Shown one piece after another: positions 1-9,409 of a stretch of DNA of 64,000 nt (its first letter is position 1; each line of letters starts with the position of its first letter). The translations under genes and the position numbers were made by a program. Source of the stretch: a virus (Duplodnaviria; Caudoviricetes); IMG/VR virus record IMGVR_UViG_2600255250_000001, positions 1 through 64,000 of that record. One strand, written 5' to 3'. The notes beneath the pieces were generated by a model that was not told the DNA's origin, searched no databases, and saw nothing but the letters and a program-made list of their open reading frames with translations.

Positions 1-336
1 ATGCAGCAAAATCTAAAAGTCCAGGATAACATCGTCGGCGAGTTGCTCGCCATCGAGGCCAAGCTCAGTCCGCTGGAAGCCCGCAAGGAGGAACTGAAGG
101 AAGCCCTCCGGGGTTTCGGCGCGACCAGCTACACAATCGGTGGCATTGGCACGGTCGCAGTCTCGCAGCCTTCGGTCTCGATGAAGACCGGCACCAAGCT
201 GACAGTCGACAGCGCCGTCGTACCGCTGCTGTCGCCGGCGACACTCGCTGAGGTGTTCAGCAAGAAGCTCCTCGTTACCGAGGACATCATGTCCCGCGCC
301 GCGAAGTCCCGCGTCGAGATCAAGCTGGTAGCATGA
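1..336 (+). CDS. hypothetical phage protein (N-terminal coiled coil)
   Basis: 111-aa ORF with phage-like codon usage; ATGA overlap with the next ORF. Confidence 0.6.
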   Translation: MQQNLKVQDNIVGELLAIEAKLSPLEARKEELKEALRGFGATSYTIGGIGTVAVSQPSVSMKTGTKLTVDSAVVPLLSPATLAEVFSKKLLVTEDIMSRAAKSRVEIKLVA

Positions 337-956
337 TCCAGGTCGCCCACTACGGTCTGCACTGGATCGAGGGCGACATCGCCCTCCTAGTCCAGCAGGA
401 TCGTGTGGATCACATCCTGGGTGTGCAGATGGACTTCGAGATCAAGGTCACGCCACCACGGCGGCATGCCTTCACCTGTCCCCACGACATCTTCCTGGAT
501 CAGGTCCTCGACGGGGCCTTGCCCGACGATCCGCTCGTCAACGCTTTCTTGCCAATCCCGAAGGTGCTGGGTGAGAAGGCCCTGTTCGTCGAGGACACGG
601 TCGCCAACAAGACACTGGTCCACGAGCTGCTGCGGCTGTCGCACCCCAGAGCGTCGGCCGCGATGGCGGCGCTGTGGATGTATCGGTCGGAAGTCTTCTC
701 GACCCTGCTGAACCTCACGAACCTCCAACCGCTGGTAGTCTTCGGCTACCGGCAAGAACTGCAAATGGCCCTGTCCAAGCTCCTGGAGGCCGCGATGTTT
801 TCTCCCCGACGCCTGATCTTCATGGGTCCGCAATGGACCGTGCTTCGACAGGAGGCCGAGCGAGTCCACTCGCTGGTCCAGATTGAACATGTGGCTCACC
901 TCCCACTCGAACAGATCGGAGCCGGCGTGCTCCGCAAGAGGATGATGAAACGATGA
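333..956 (+). CDS. hypothetical protein
   Basis: 207-aa ORF coupled to both neighbours by ATGA overlaps. Confidence 0.65.
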   Translation: MIQVAHYGLHWIEGDIALLVQQDRVDHILGVQMDFEIKVTPPRRHAFTCPHDIFLDQVLDGALPDDPLVNAFLPIPKVLGEKALFVEDTVANKTLVHELLRLSHPRASAAMAALWMYRSEVFSTLLNLTNLQPLVVFGYRQELQMALSKLLEAAMFSPRRLIFMGPQWTVLRQEAERVHSLVQIEHVAHLPLEQIGAGVLRKRMMKR

Positions 957-1128
957 ACACCGACGAGGTACTCAAAAAGGTCTTGGCTTATGGTGAGGCC
1001 CGAAGAACGAATACCACGGTCCCGGCTTTATCCTGCTCATGGATGAGGAAGATCGGCAGACCGTGGTCCGTGAACTGGGCGACAGCGTGGTCAGTGCCAA
1101 CCCGTTCAAGACTCTCGTGGGCTCTTAG
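953..1128 (+). pseudogene. small hypothetical gene, possibly frameshifted near 1000
   Basis: Starts at a coupled ATG (953). After about 1000 the -1 frame (KNEYHGPGFILLMDEEDRQTVVRELGDSVVSANPFKTLVGS*) has more genome-typical codons than the annotated frame. Confidence 0.35.
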
Positions 1129-1366
1129 GCCTCTTGATGTACATGCCGGGGTTGAACTTGCCTTGGCCATCCGTCAGCGCGTCCTTCAACCTCGGCGGGC
1201 AGTAGCCCAGATCAAATAGCTTCTGCAATGTCGATGCCAGGTTCGCGATTATGTCGCGCGCCTCATCGAAGTTCTTTGCCATCTCTGCCTCTCGCTGTTC
1301 GGCGAGGGCCTTCTCTCGCTGTGCTTGAAGCTCGGCGATCTTGGCATCGATCTCACTCAGTTTCAT
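1106..1366 (-). CDS. small coiled-coil protein, H-NS/MvaT N-terminus-like
   Basis: MKLSEIDAKIAELQAQREKALAEQRE...; GGGAG SD upstream of ATG 1366; antisense to the surrounding operon. Confidence 0.6.
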   Translation of the reverse strand: MKLSEIDAKIAELQAQREKALAEQREAEMAKNFDEARDIIANLASTLQKLFDLGYCPPRLKDALTDGQGKFNPGMYIKRPKSPRES

Positions 1367-1381
1367 AGGAAAGGCTCCCTC

Positions 1382-2821
1382 ATGTTGGACGCCCTCGATA
1401 CACCGACTCTGCGTGATGATCAAGTCGCGGACCTTTCCTATTACATGCGACAGGACAGGTGCATGAACTTGTCCGACCCTGGCGCCGGCAAGACCCCGTC
1501 GGTCGTCGTGTACCAGTGGTATCTCTGGAGCGAGCTTCAGGTTGGCAGTTGCTGGACCATGCCCAAGCGTCTGCTGAAGAAGAACAAGCGAGAAATCCTC
1601 CGCTTCACCGGCTTCAAGGATGAGGATGTCGTCATCGTCGACGGCACCACCAAACAGGTTGCGAAGCAGATGGCGTCCGGTGCCAAGGTCTTCCTGATGG
1701 GTTTCCGGAGGTTCACGCTGTCGTGGAAGCAGATGCCCTCATTCGTCAAGGCCCTCCAGGTCGACGAGTTTCACATGGGCTTCAAGAACGCCAACACAGC
1801 AGCGACCTTGGCTCTGTTCGATGCCATGCAGTTCCACTTCAAATACTTCCTGCCGATGACCGGCACGATCATCGACGGCAAGCTGACCTCAGCCTACCCG
1901 GCGATCCACATTATCGAACCTCGCTACTACCCATCGGCTGAGGCCTTCGAATACCAGCATGCCATTAAGGACTACGACGGCAAGATAATTGGCTGGCAGG
2001 GTCACAAGAAGCTGTCGGAAATCTTCGGCCGGCATGCCATTCGCAGGACGTTCCGATCGATCTTCGGTGATCAGGACCCTGTCATCATCCCCGAGGTGGT
2101 GGCGATGAACCCCCGACAGCGGGAGATGTACGACAAGTTCCACGACGAGGCCGTGCTCGAACTGGAGAAGTTCTATCTCGACGGCACCCAGCCAGGTGTC
2201 GCCTTCCTTCGAGCCCGGCAGCTCATGGAACATCCGAACGAGTTCCCCGATCTTACCAGTCCCGGCAAGTTCATCGACATCATGCAGGGCGAGGCCCCCG
2301 GCAAGGAGGATTTGTTCCAGATCCATTTGGAGGACCACGTCAACACCGGCAAGCCGATGATCGTCTTCTCCTCGATGGTGCCTCAACATCGCCGGCTCGC
2401 CACCATGCTGGACAAAGCCGGTCGCCGATACGCGGTCATCAATGGCAGCACTTCGATGAAGGAAGGCGACGAGGCCGATCTCGCGTTCCAGAACGGAGAG
2501 CTTGACGACATCATCTGCTCTCCACTGTGCGCCGCTGTCGGCTTCAACTGGCAGTTCTGCGGCAAGCAGGAACTGGATCACATGATCTTCATGGCCATGG
2601 ACTTCAGGGACACTGCCTTCACCCAAGGTGTTCAACGAGGGATCAGGGGTAAACGGAACACACCACTCCGGGTCTCGGTCCTCGAATATGAGGACAGCGT
2701 CGACCAACATGTCCTTGGCATTGTCTATCGCAAGAGCGTCGATGCTCACAAGGTCGATCCAACCAAACCCATCCTGCAACTGTCCGGATACCAGAAGGAT
2801 TACTCAATGAAGGACTACTAA
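1382..2821 (+). CDS. superfamily 2 (SNF2-like/DExH) helicase
   Basis: Walker A SDPGAGKT, motif II DEFH, motif III MTGT, C-terminal QGVQRGIR; AGGAAAGG upstream of ATG 1382. Confidence 0.85.
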   Translation: MLDALDTPTLRDDQVADLSYYMRQDRCMNLSDPGAGKTPSVVVYQWYLWSELQVGSCWTMPKRLLKKNKREILRFTGFKDEDVVIVDGTTKQVAKQMASGAKVFLMGFRRFTLSWKQMPSFVKALQVDEFHMGFKNANTAATLALFDAMQFHFKYFLPMTGTIIDGKLTSAYPAIHIIEPRYYPSAEAFEYQHAIKDYDGKIIGWQGHKKLSEIFGRHAIRRTFRSIFGDQDPVIIPEVVAMNPRQREMYDKFHDEAVLELEKFYLDGTQPGVAFLRARQLMEHPNEFPDLTSPGKFIDIMQGEAPGKEDLFQIHLEDHVNTGKPMIVFSSMVPQHRRLATMLDKAGRRYAVINGSTSMKEGDEADLAFQNGELDDIICSPLCAAVGFNWQFCGKQELDHMIFMAMDFRDTAFTQGVQRGIRGKRNTPLRVSVLEYEDSVDQHVLGIVYRKSVDAHKVDPTKPILQLSGYQKDYSMKDY

Positions 2822-2903
2822 TAGACTAAGCGTCAAAGGCCCTCGAAACTACCAGCGACGACACCACCTTAGTGTCGTTCAACTGTTCAAAGGAAACTAT
2901 CAA

Positions 2904-3581
2904 ATGTCAAGTATCGAAGACGCAATCAATGCCGCCAAGGCCGCTGCTGCTGCCGCTCCCTCGGAAGCAAACGCAAACCTCGGCGGTGACCAGGTTGCCA
3001 ACTACCAGTCGCCGGGTCTCCCGGCACAACGCGGCCCCGCCCTTGGGGTCGACGACATGCTCGGCGGTTCCATCAACGTGGACGCCTGGCTGAAGGTCAA
3101 TGAGTACGGCCTTCAGATCGGCGCCGACACCACGCTGTTCGAAAGCGTGGATGCCATCCTCGACCTCTCCGAAATCGCGTATTGCTACTCGGTGCGCTAC
3201 GGCAATCCGGCGACTTACGAGAAGACTTACGACCGTGTCTCCAACGCTCGCGGTGGTGGCTCGTGGTTCGACACCTTGGCGAAAGCCCAGCGTATCGATC
3301 CGAAGGCCGGCGAGTTCCGCTCGGCTGATATCCCCTTCACTGTGGTCGGTGACTACAAGAACAAGAAGGGCGATCTGCTGATCGAGGACGGCAAGACGCT
3401 GGGCCATTCGATCTCCATGACCGGTTGGAAATCGTTTCAGAAATTTATCCGAGACATCTCCGGGAAGGGCATCGACATTCGCAACGCCAAGGTCGCTCTA
3501 AAGATCGGCTACAACGTCGAGAAGAACACCAAGGGAACTTGGGGAACGCTTCTGTTCAGCGACGTGGCTGTGGTTGTCTAG
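2904..3581 (+). CDS. putative single-stranded DNA-binding protein
   Basis: Strong SD (AAGGA), highly biased codons, own terminator, position between helicase and exonuclease/polymerase; function inferred from context only. Confidence 0.45.
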   Translation: MSSIEDAINAAKAAAAAAPSEANANLGGDQVANYQSPGLPAQRGPALGVDDMLGGSINVDAWLKVNEYGLQIGADTTLFESVDAILDLSEIAYCYSVRYGNPATYEKTYDRVSNARGGGSWFDTLAKAQRIDPKAGEFRSADIPFTVVGDYKNKKGDLLIEDGKTLGHSISMTGWKSFQKFIRDISGKGIDIRNAKVALKIGYNVEKNTKGTWGTLLFSDVAVVV

Positions 3582-3589
3582 TCCGGACT

Positions 3590-3621
3590 AAGGGGAGGCC
3601 TTGTGCCTCCCCCTTCCTTTT
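3590..3621 (+). terminator. intrinsic terminator
   Basis: GGGGAGGC-cttgt-GCCTCCCC stem followed by a pyrimidine/T run. Confidence 0.65.
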
Positions 3622-3634
3622 GTAGGAGGCTTTC

Positions 3635-4378
3635 ATGAAAATCTATGATGCGAATAACTACGTACGCCGGGTGTTAGAAACGGACATCACGGGCTTGGCC
3701 CCTAGGACTATCCTCAACACCGTAGATCAGGCTCGCGACACGGTCCTCTTTGTGTGGGACGGCCTCGGTGGGAATTCCAAACGCCGTGAGATTTACCCAG
3801 AGTACAAGCGCGGTCGACCACCAATGAAGAAAGACATCTTCGCTGGCTTCGATATGGTGGAAGAGACGCTCAAGCATAGCGCCGCCATCCAGGTCAAGCT
3901 CCCAGGCTTCGAGGCTGATGATGTCATCGCCGCACTGACGAGGCACTACGCTAAGGCCGGCGACCAGATTTCGATCTACAGCACCGACATGGATTTCCTC
4001 CAGTTGACTGGAGAGTTCCCGAAGAACGTGTTCTGCGGCTGCAACCCTAAGGTCGATCCGAAGCTGGTCACCTACTACAAGGTCTGCGTTGGAGATACCT
4101 CAGATAACATCCCAGGCATTAAGGGTTTCGGAGAGAAGACCTGGGATGAGACCGACAAGGGCCTGCTCAAGGCTTGGGTCGACGACATCCTCACGAAGAG
4201 AGTGGTCCGAGACATTGGCCTGCCCGGTCGGGTGAAGGTAGATATTGACGCCATGATCGTCTGGAGCAAGATCATAAACTTCCTCCCGGTCCCACTCTCT
4301 CTGATCTCCGAGCACATGACGGTCGGCAAGCCCAACTACGACGCCGCAGATAACTACCTCAAACAATGGTTCCTATGA
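3635..4378 (+). CDS. 5'-3' exonuclease / flap endonuclease (T5 D15, PolI N-terminus family)
   Basis: YPEYK, EADDVI, STDMDFLQL and GDTSDNIPGIKGFGEKT (H3TH) motifs. Confidence 0.9.
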   Translation: MKIYDANNYVRRVLETDITGLAPRTILNTVDQARDTVLFVWDGLGGNSKRREIYPEYKRGRPPMKKDIFAGFDMVEETLKHSAAIQVKLPGFEADDVIAALTRHYAKAGDQISIYSTDMDFLQLTGEFPKNVFCGCNPKVDPKLVTYYKVCVGDTSDNIPGIKGFGEKTWDETDKGLLKAWVDDILTKRVVRDIGLPGRVKVDIDAMIVWSKIINFLPVPLSLISEHMTVGKPNYDAADNYLKQWFL

Positions 4379-4584
4379 TGCGCTACGTCTTAGAATACGT
4401 GCGGGTTCACCCGCAGCAGAAGCAGTACTTCTTCAGCCGCTACATGGGCCGTGCCATGTGGTCCGATACCACTGCCGACGCGCAGCGCTGGTGGACCCAG
4501 AAGGGCGCCGAGGAGGCGCTGCGAGTTCTCCCCAAGAGTGAGAAGCAGCACCTGATGGTCAGCAAGGTAGGGATATTCGGATGA
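4375..4584 (+). CDS. hypothetical protein
   Basis: Short ORF coupled to the exonuclease and polymerase by overlapping start/stop codons. Confidence 0.55.
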   Translation: MMRYVLEYVRVHPQQKQYFFSRYMGRAMWSDTTADAQRWWTQKGAEEALRVLPKSEKQHLMVSKVGIFG

Positions 4585-7244
4585 CCGTAAAGAGCCAGCT
4601 CCTCGACGCCACCAACTTCGAACAGCACGCCTTTGGCCTGATCTCCAAGATCAAGGTTGCGACGTTCGTTGGATTGGATACCGAAACACAGGACTCCAAC
4701 CGGCACGAGGGGCTGAACACTTACTGCAAGTACAATCCGAAGACCGGCAAGAAGGCCGAGAACACCAAGATGGTGTTCGACATCCGCCGAACGGTGATGA
4801 CCGGCTTCTCGATCTGGGTCGAGGGCGATGACACAGCCTATTATGTCAACCTCAACCACGCCGACATCGAGAACCGCATCCCTTGGTCAAAAGCCAAAAT
4901 CCTGCTCGATGCCCTGCCGGCAGAGAGTTTCTGGGTAGCGCACAACGCTGCCTACGAGTTGACGGTCTTCAAGGCCTGCTACGATCTCGACATCCCGAAT
5001 TACATCTGCACCTTGCAGTTGGCGGTGTCAGCATTCGGCCCTGACGAATACCATCTCAACGATTTCATTCGAGCCGGGCAGGGCGAGATCAGGAAGCTGA
5101 TCCCCTCGCTGTTGCAGGAGTCCCGCTACTACGATCCGGCCAAGGGTAACGATCTGCCGCCGGCCCTTGCCGACGTGGTCTACAAGATCATAGGCAAAGC
5201 CTCGACCTCGACGTTCTCCTACAACGGCTTCGTCAAGGACATCGCCTACAGCTACGGCTTGAAGAAGCTGGTCAAGGCCTTCTTCCAACACCAGATGACG
5301 ACCTTCCAGGAGGTTCTTGGCGACAAAGTACACATGGGTGAGCTGACTGGCGCCGAGGTTTGCGCCTACGGTTCCGACGACGCCTACTGGGCTGTCCGGT
5401 TGTTCCGTCGCCTCATGGAGTACATGGCGAAGAACTGCCCCGCGACGATCCCGACCTTCTTCTCGCAAGAGAACCCGATGGTCCAGAAGTTCTCGAACAT
5501 CTGGATCGGCGGCATGGTGGTCAACACGACCAACGTCTTTGCTCGTCGTGATCTCGAACGTTCGGAGATGGCCAACATCCTTCGCAAGATGAAGGTCACT
5601 GTCCGAAAAATGCTGCCTTTTTCGGACACACCAAGCGCCGTACTGCGGGACGAGAAGTGGTATCAGCCGAAGTACCGTGAGCAGATCATCGCCTGGGCTG
5701 CAATGCCCGACAGCGATGACGACTTCACCCAGTGCCAGCAGGTTCGCGGGCCGGTGTCGAATGCCTGGGGAGACGGCCGGAACACCGGCCCTAACTTCTC
5801 GCACTACATGCCGATGAGGGTGCTGCTCTACGACCTGATCAACACCAAGGCCATCCGGTCTGAGGGGAAGATCCAGTCGGACGGCGAAGCCAGGGGTAAA
5901 CTGAAAGACAGGCTCAGAGAGAACGCCGACGCGGTGGCGATCATCGACGCCATCAACGAGATCGCAGGGGTCGAGCAGCGGATGAAGCTGTACCTGACGC
6001 CTTACACCCAACTGATGGACCCTGAGACGGGCAAGATGTACCCGCTGGTTTCGTCCATGCTCGCCACCCGGCGCATGGCAGGCTCCGTCCCGAACGTCAT
6101 GCAGCTCGCGAAGCGAGGGGAGTCGACTTATGTACGCGGCTTCTTCGAACCCGATTATGCGGACCACGTCCTTGTCTCCATTGACTGGTCCGGTATTGAG
6201 CTTGTCGAGATTGGAGACTTCTCAGCTGACCCCGAATTCATCAAAGCCTTCGGACAAATCCCTCATCAAGATCTTCATGCTGGCGCAGCTGCGGACATTC
6301 TCTCCGTCGATGTCCCAGGCCTCACAGAGGATATTTTCAAGAGCCTGAAGGACTTCAAGAGCGAAGAGGAATTCGTCGAACATTATGGCCAGGACATGGC
6401 CAACACCAACCGGCTCTTCACCGACCTGAAGGGCCAGGACCTGTCCATCGACAAGGCCTACAAATACTGGCGTACCGAAGTCGGCAAGGGTGCCAACTTC
6501 AACTATTGGTACTCGGGCTTCCTCGGCACCATCGGTGAGCGGATGGGCTGGTCGACCGAGAAGACTGGCAAGGCGACCGAACGCTACCGCGAGCGGTTCC
6601 ATGTTGCCGAGCGTTGGCGGACAGACCTGATCGCAGAGGTGCAGCAGAACGGGTTCATCACCCTACCTGATGGCCACCGCCGCGTCCGGTTCGAAGCGAC
6701 CCACCTTTGGAACGACTATTTCTGCAGCAAGTTCCAATACCCGGTCGACAGGGACGACGACCAGCTGACGAAGTTCAATTCCATCATCAGCTGGATCGCT
6801 CGCAAGATCCAGAAGCGAGCCCACAACCAAGCGGTCAACGCCTACATTCAGGGCTCCTGCGCCACCATCGCCAAGCGCTCGATCATCCGGATCGACAACT
6901 GGAAGGCGGATCAGGGCTGGGCCGATAGGGAAGCTCGCTTCCTCATGCCCATCCACGACGAGCTTCTCTACTCAGTCCACAAGAGCATAGTTCCCGAGTT
7001 CATCAACGGCGCTCGCGGGATCATGATCGACCACCCCGACATGTTCCGACATTGCATGCTGGACGCAAGTCCATCGATTGGTCTGACCTTCGAGCCCTGG
7101 AACCCCAAGAACGCATCGCTCGGACAGTTAGAGTTGTACGAAATGCCTGAGATCGGCATCGGAACTCCTGGTGGAAGAGCGTCTGACGATGATGTCCGAG
7201 GGGCTGTCGAATACCTCTTCGACCAACGCAGGCTGGCTGCATGA
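4581..7244 (+). CDS. polA: DNA polymerase family A with 3'-5' exonuclease domain
   Basis: ExoI GLDTET, ExoII HNAAYE, ExoIII YGSDDA; motif A IDWSGIEL, motif B R..GKGANF...Y, NAYIQGS, motif C IHDEL. Confidence 0.92.
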   Translation: MTVKSQLLDATNFEQHAFGLISKIKVATFVGLDTETQDSNRHEGLNTYCKYNPKTGKKAENTKMVFDIRRTVMTGFSIWVEGDDTAYYVNLNHADIENRIPWSKAKILLDALPAESFWVAHNAAYELTVFKACYDLDIPNYICTLQLAVSAFGPDEYHLNDFIRAGQGEIRKLIPSLLQESRYYDPAKGNDLPPALADVVYKIIGKASTSTFSYNGFVKDIAYSYGLKKLVKAFFQHQMTTFQEVLGDKVHMGELTGAEVCAYGSDDAYWAVRLFRRLMEYMAKNCPATIPTFFSQENPMVQKFSNIWIGGMVVNTTNVFARRDLERSEMANILRKMKVTVRKMLPFSDTPSAVLRDEKWYQPKYREQIIAWAAMPDSDDDFTQCQQVRGPVSNAWGDGRNTGPNFSHYMPMRVLLYDLINTKAIRSEGKIQSDGEARGKLKDRLRENADAVAIIDAINEIAGVEQRMKLYLTPYTQLMDPETGKMYPLVSSMLATRRMAGSVPNVMQLAKRGESTYVRGFFEPDYADHVLVSIDWSGIELVEIGDFSADPEFIKAFGQIPHQDLHAGAAADILSVDVPGLTEDIFKSLKDFKSEEEFVEHYGQDMANTNRLFTDLKGQDLSIDKAYKYWRTEVGKGANFNYWYSGFLGTIGERMGWSTEKTGKATERYRERFHVAERWRTDLIAEVQQNGFITLPDGHRRVRFEATHLWNDYFCSKFQYPVDRDDDQLTKFNSIISWIARKIQKRAHNQAVNAYIQGSCATIAKRSIIRIDNWKADQGWADREARFLMPIHDELLYSVHKSIVPEFINGARGIMIDHPDMFRHCMLDASPSIGLTFEPWNPKNASLGQLELYEMPEIGIGTPGGRASDDDVRGAVEYLFDQRRLAA

Positions 7245-7652
7245 TCACACATGCAGAACTTCTGGAGCGGCTCCACTACGATCCGCTCACGGGATTATTC
7301 ACCTGGCTAGTTTCAAGCCGTCCTGGTTGGGTTGGAAAGATAGCGGGAAGCCAGCACAGTCAAGGCTATTGGCACATTCGTATCAGAGGCCACCTGTACC
7401 TCGCTCACCAGTCGTATCCTCAACCTCCGTGAGGCCACCCAAAGCCAGAACAAGCTGAACGTTGGCCCGCGAAAGGACAACAAGTCTGGTTTCAAAGGCG
7501 TCCACCTCGACAAGGGCACACAGAAGTTCATCGCCCAAATCCAGGTCAAGGGACGAAAGACGAACCTTGGCTACTACGAAACGCCCATCGAGGCGAGTGA
7601 GGCTTACCGGTTGGGATCACTCAAATTAGCAGGAGAGTTTGCAAGACAATGA
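7241..7652 (+). pseudogene. HNH-AP2 homing endonuclease, internally deleted and frameshifted
   Basis: N-terminal LHYDPLTG...YLAH stops at 7432. The C-terminal half (RILNLREATQSQN...DNKSGFKGV...LGYYETPIEASEAY...GEFARQ*) continues in another frame to 7652. The DH-N catalytic core is missing. Confidence 0.8.
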
Positions 7653-7891
7653 GCATCCGTATTCGAACCATCAACGGAACAACGGTCGCACTCTGTGCTG
7701 CCGAGACCGACCCTGCGGTCGGTGACATCTATCTGGATGACACCATGCACCACGCCTTGGCGGCAAAGTTCGCCCAAGACTGGGAGGGCCAGGAGGTCAA
7801 CTGGGAATACCACCCCGAGTGGCAAACGATGGCGACCCAAAAGTTGCGTGATGCTGAAACGGAACTACGAGCTTGGAGTGACATGCAATGA
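7649..7891 (+). CDS. hypothetical protein
   Basis: 80-aa ORF, AGGAG SD, ATGA coupling. Confidence 0.65.
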   Translation: MSIRIRTINGTTVALCAAETDPAVGDIYLDDTMHHALAAKFAQDWEGQEVNWEYHPEWQTMATQKLRDAETELRAWSDMQ

Positions 7892-8070
7892 ACAACGTCC
7901 CCGGAACTGAGCGAGAGTACCTGACCAACAACATGGTCTCTCCACCCCCACCTCCATCCTCAACCCGCGCCCAGAGGCGCCGGCAACTTGCCATCTTCAA
8001 GGCATCGAAGAAGTTCGACGCCGCCGAGCTGGCCTACCTGAAAAGAGCCATGAAAGGCCTACAAGCATGA
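7888..8070 (+). CDS. hypothetical protein (poly-Pro, basic C-terminus)
   Basis: 60-aa ORF coupled on both sides. Confidence 0.5.
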   Translation: MNNVPGTEREYLTNNMVSPPPPPSSTRAQRRRQLAIFKASKKFDAAELAYLKRAMKGLQA

Positions 8071-9158
8071 ACATTATCTCTGACCCAATTTTCAAGCGCG
8101 ACAGCGTCGGCAACATCCGCACCTGGTTCTTCGAGGTGGATGGCGACAAGTATCGCACCACATCCGGCCTGCTGGAAGGCGCTAAGACCACCACTGCCTA
8201 CACGGTCTGCACTCCAAAGAGCCAGGAGACCGCTGAGGCCCAGGCTCTGTTCGAGGCCATTGCTGACCAGACCAAGAAGCTGGAGAGGGATTACCACCGC
8301 AGCGTCGACGACATCGACACACCGCTGATGTTCAAGCCGATGCTGGCGCAGGCATATGAAACGGTAAGCTTCCCTTGCTTCGCTCAGCCGAAGCTTGACG
8401 GCGTCCGCTGCATCGCCACTGCCAAGGGGTTGTTCTCTCGGCAAGGCAAGCGGTTTCTGGGTGTGCCTCACATCGAGGAAGCCTTGGCTCCTGCGTTTAC
8501 CAACGACCCTGGTCTGATCCTAGACGGTGAGCTGTACAACCACGATTTCAAAGACGACTTCAACCAGATCGTCTCGATGGTGAAGAAACAGAACCCTACC
8601 GCCGGGCAGTTGGCGAAGTCCGCAGAGCTAATCCAGTACCATGTGTACGATTTCCCTTCTGTGCATGGGACTTTTTCGGCTCGACAAAACCACCTTGCTG
8701 CACTTGTCTTTGAGGAAATGACAAACAGTCCGATCAAGATTGTTCAGACCCGCGTTGCGGTCGATCAGGCCCACCTCGATGGTCTGTACCTGAACTGGAT
8801 GGAGGCCGGCTACGAAGGCCAGATGGTTCGCCTAAATGGCCCGTACGAGAACAAGCGTTCGAAGAACCTTCTGAAGCGGAAGGAATTCCAGGACGCGGAG
8901 TACCCAGTCTCGCAGATAGGCGAGGGCCTGGGTGACTGGGCTGGCTATGCGAAGTGGGTCGAGTTCATTCTGCCTGGCGACAAGCGCACGGAGAGCGGTG
9001 AGCGGCCCAAGGCTGGCATCAAGGGAACGAAGGCGTTCACCAAGGAGCTGCTCGCCCGTCGTGACAGTGTCAAGACGACGAAGATCAAGTTCTTCAACCT
9101 GACCCCGGCTGGAATTCCGCGGTTCCCCGTAGCCATCGATTTCGACCGGGTCGACTGA
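8067..9158 (+). CDS. ATP-dependent DNA ligase
   Basis: KPMLA, motif I QPKLDGVRC, LDGELY, YHVYD, GYEGQMVR, LLKRK. Confidence 0.92.
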   Translation: MNIISDPIFKRDSVGNIRTWFFEVDGDKYRTTSGLLEGAKTTTAYTVCTPKSQETAEAQALFEAIADQTKKLERDYHRSVDDIDTPLMFKPMLAQAYETVSFPCFAQPKLDGVRCIATAKGLFSRQGKRFLGVPHIEEALAPAFTNDPGLILDGELYNHDFKDDFNQIVSMVKKQNPTAGQLAKSAELIQYHVYDFPSVHGTFSARQNHLAALVFEEMTNSPIKIVQTRVAVDQAHLDGLYLNWMEAGYEGQMVRLNGPYENKRSKNLLKRKEFQDAEYPVSQIGEGLGDWAGYAKWVEFILPGDKRTESGERPKAGIKGTKAFTKELLARRDSVKTTKIKFFNLTPAGIPRFPVAIDFDRVD

Positions 9159-9409
9159 TGGCCTTCGGCGCCCGCCAGGAAGATGGCAAATGGCGTCTCT
9201 GTCTCCGCAAAGGGCGGACCATCACGCACATGTCATTCAGTGAAGGTCCGCCTGTGGAGATCCAGTTCAAGTCCCAGGTCAAAGCCAAGGCCTGTGCCGA
9301 CGCCCTCAACGAACAATACTGGAAAGCATTCGAGAAGGCCGAACGAAAGGGAGGCCTTCTTCCCTGCCACGAAGGCATGGTCAACCTAATCAAGGATCAC
9401 ATCACATGA
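9158..9409 (+). CDS. hypothetical protein
   Basis: 83-aa ORF, TGATG overlap with the ligase. Confidence 0.55.
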   Translation: MAFGARQEDGKWRLCLRKGRTITHMSFSEGPPVEIQFKSQVKAKACADALNEQYWKAFEKAERKGGLLPCHEGMVNLIKDHIT

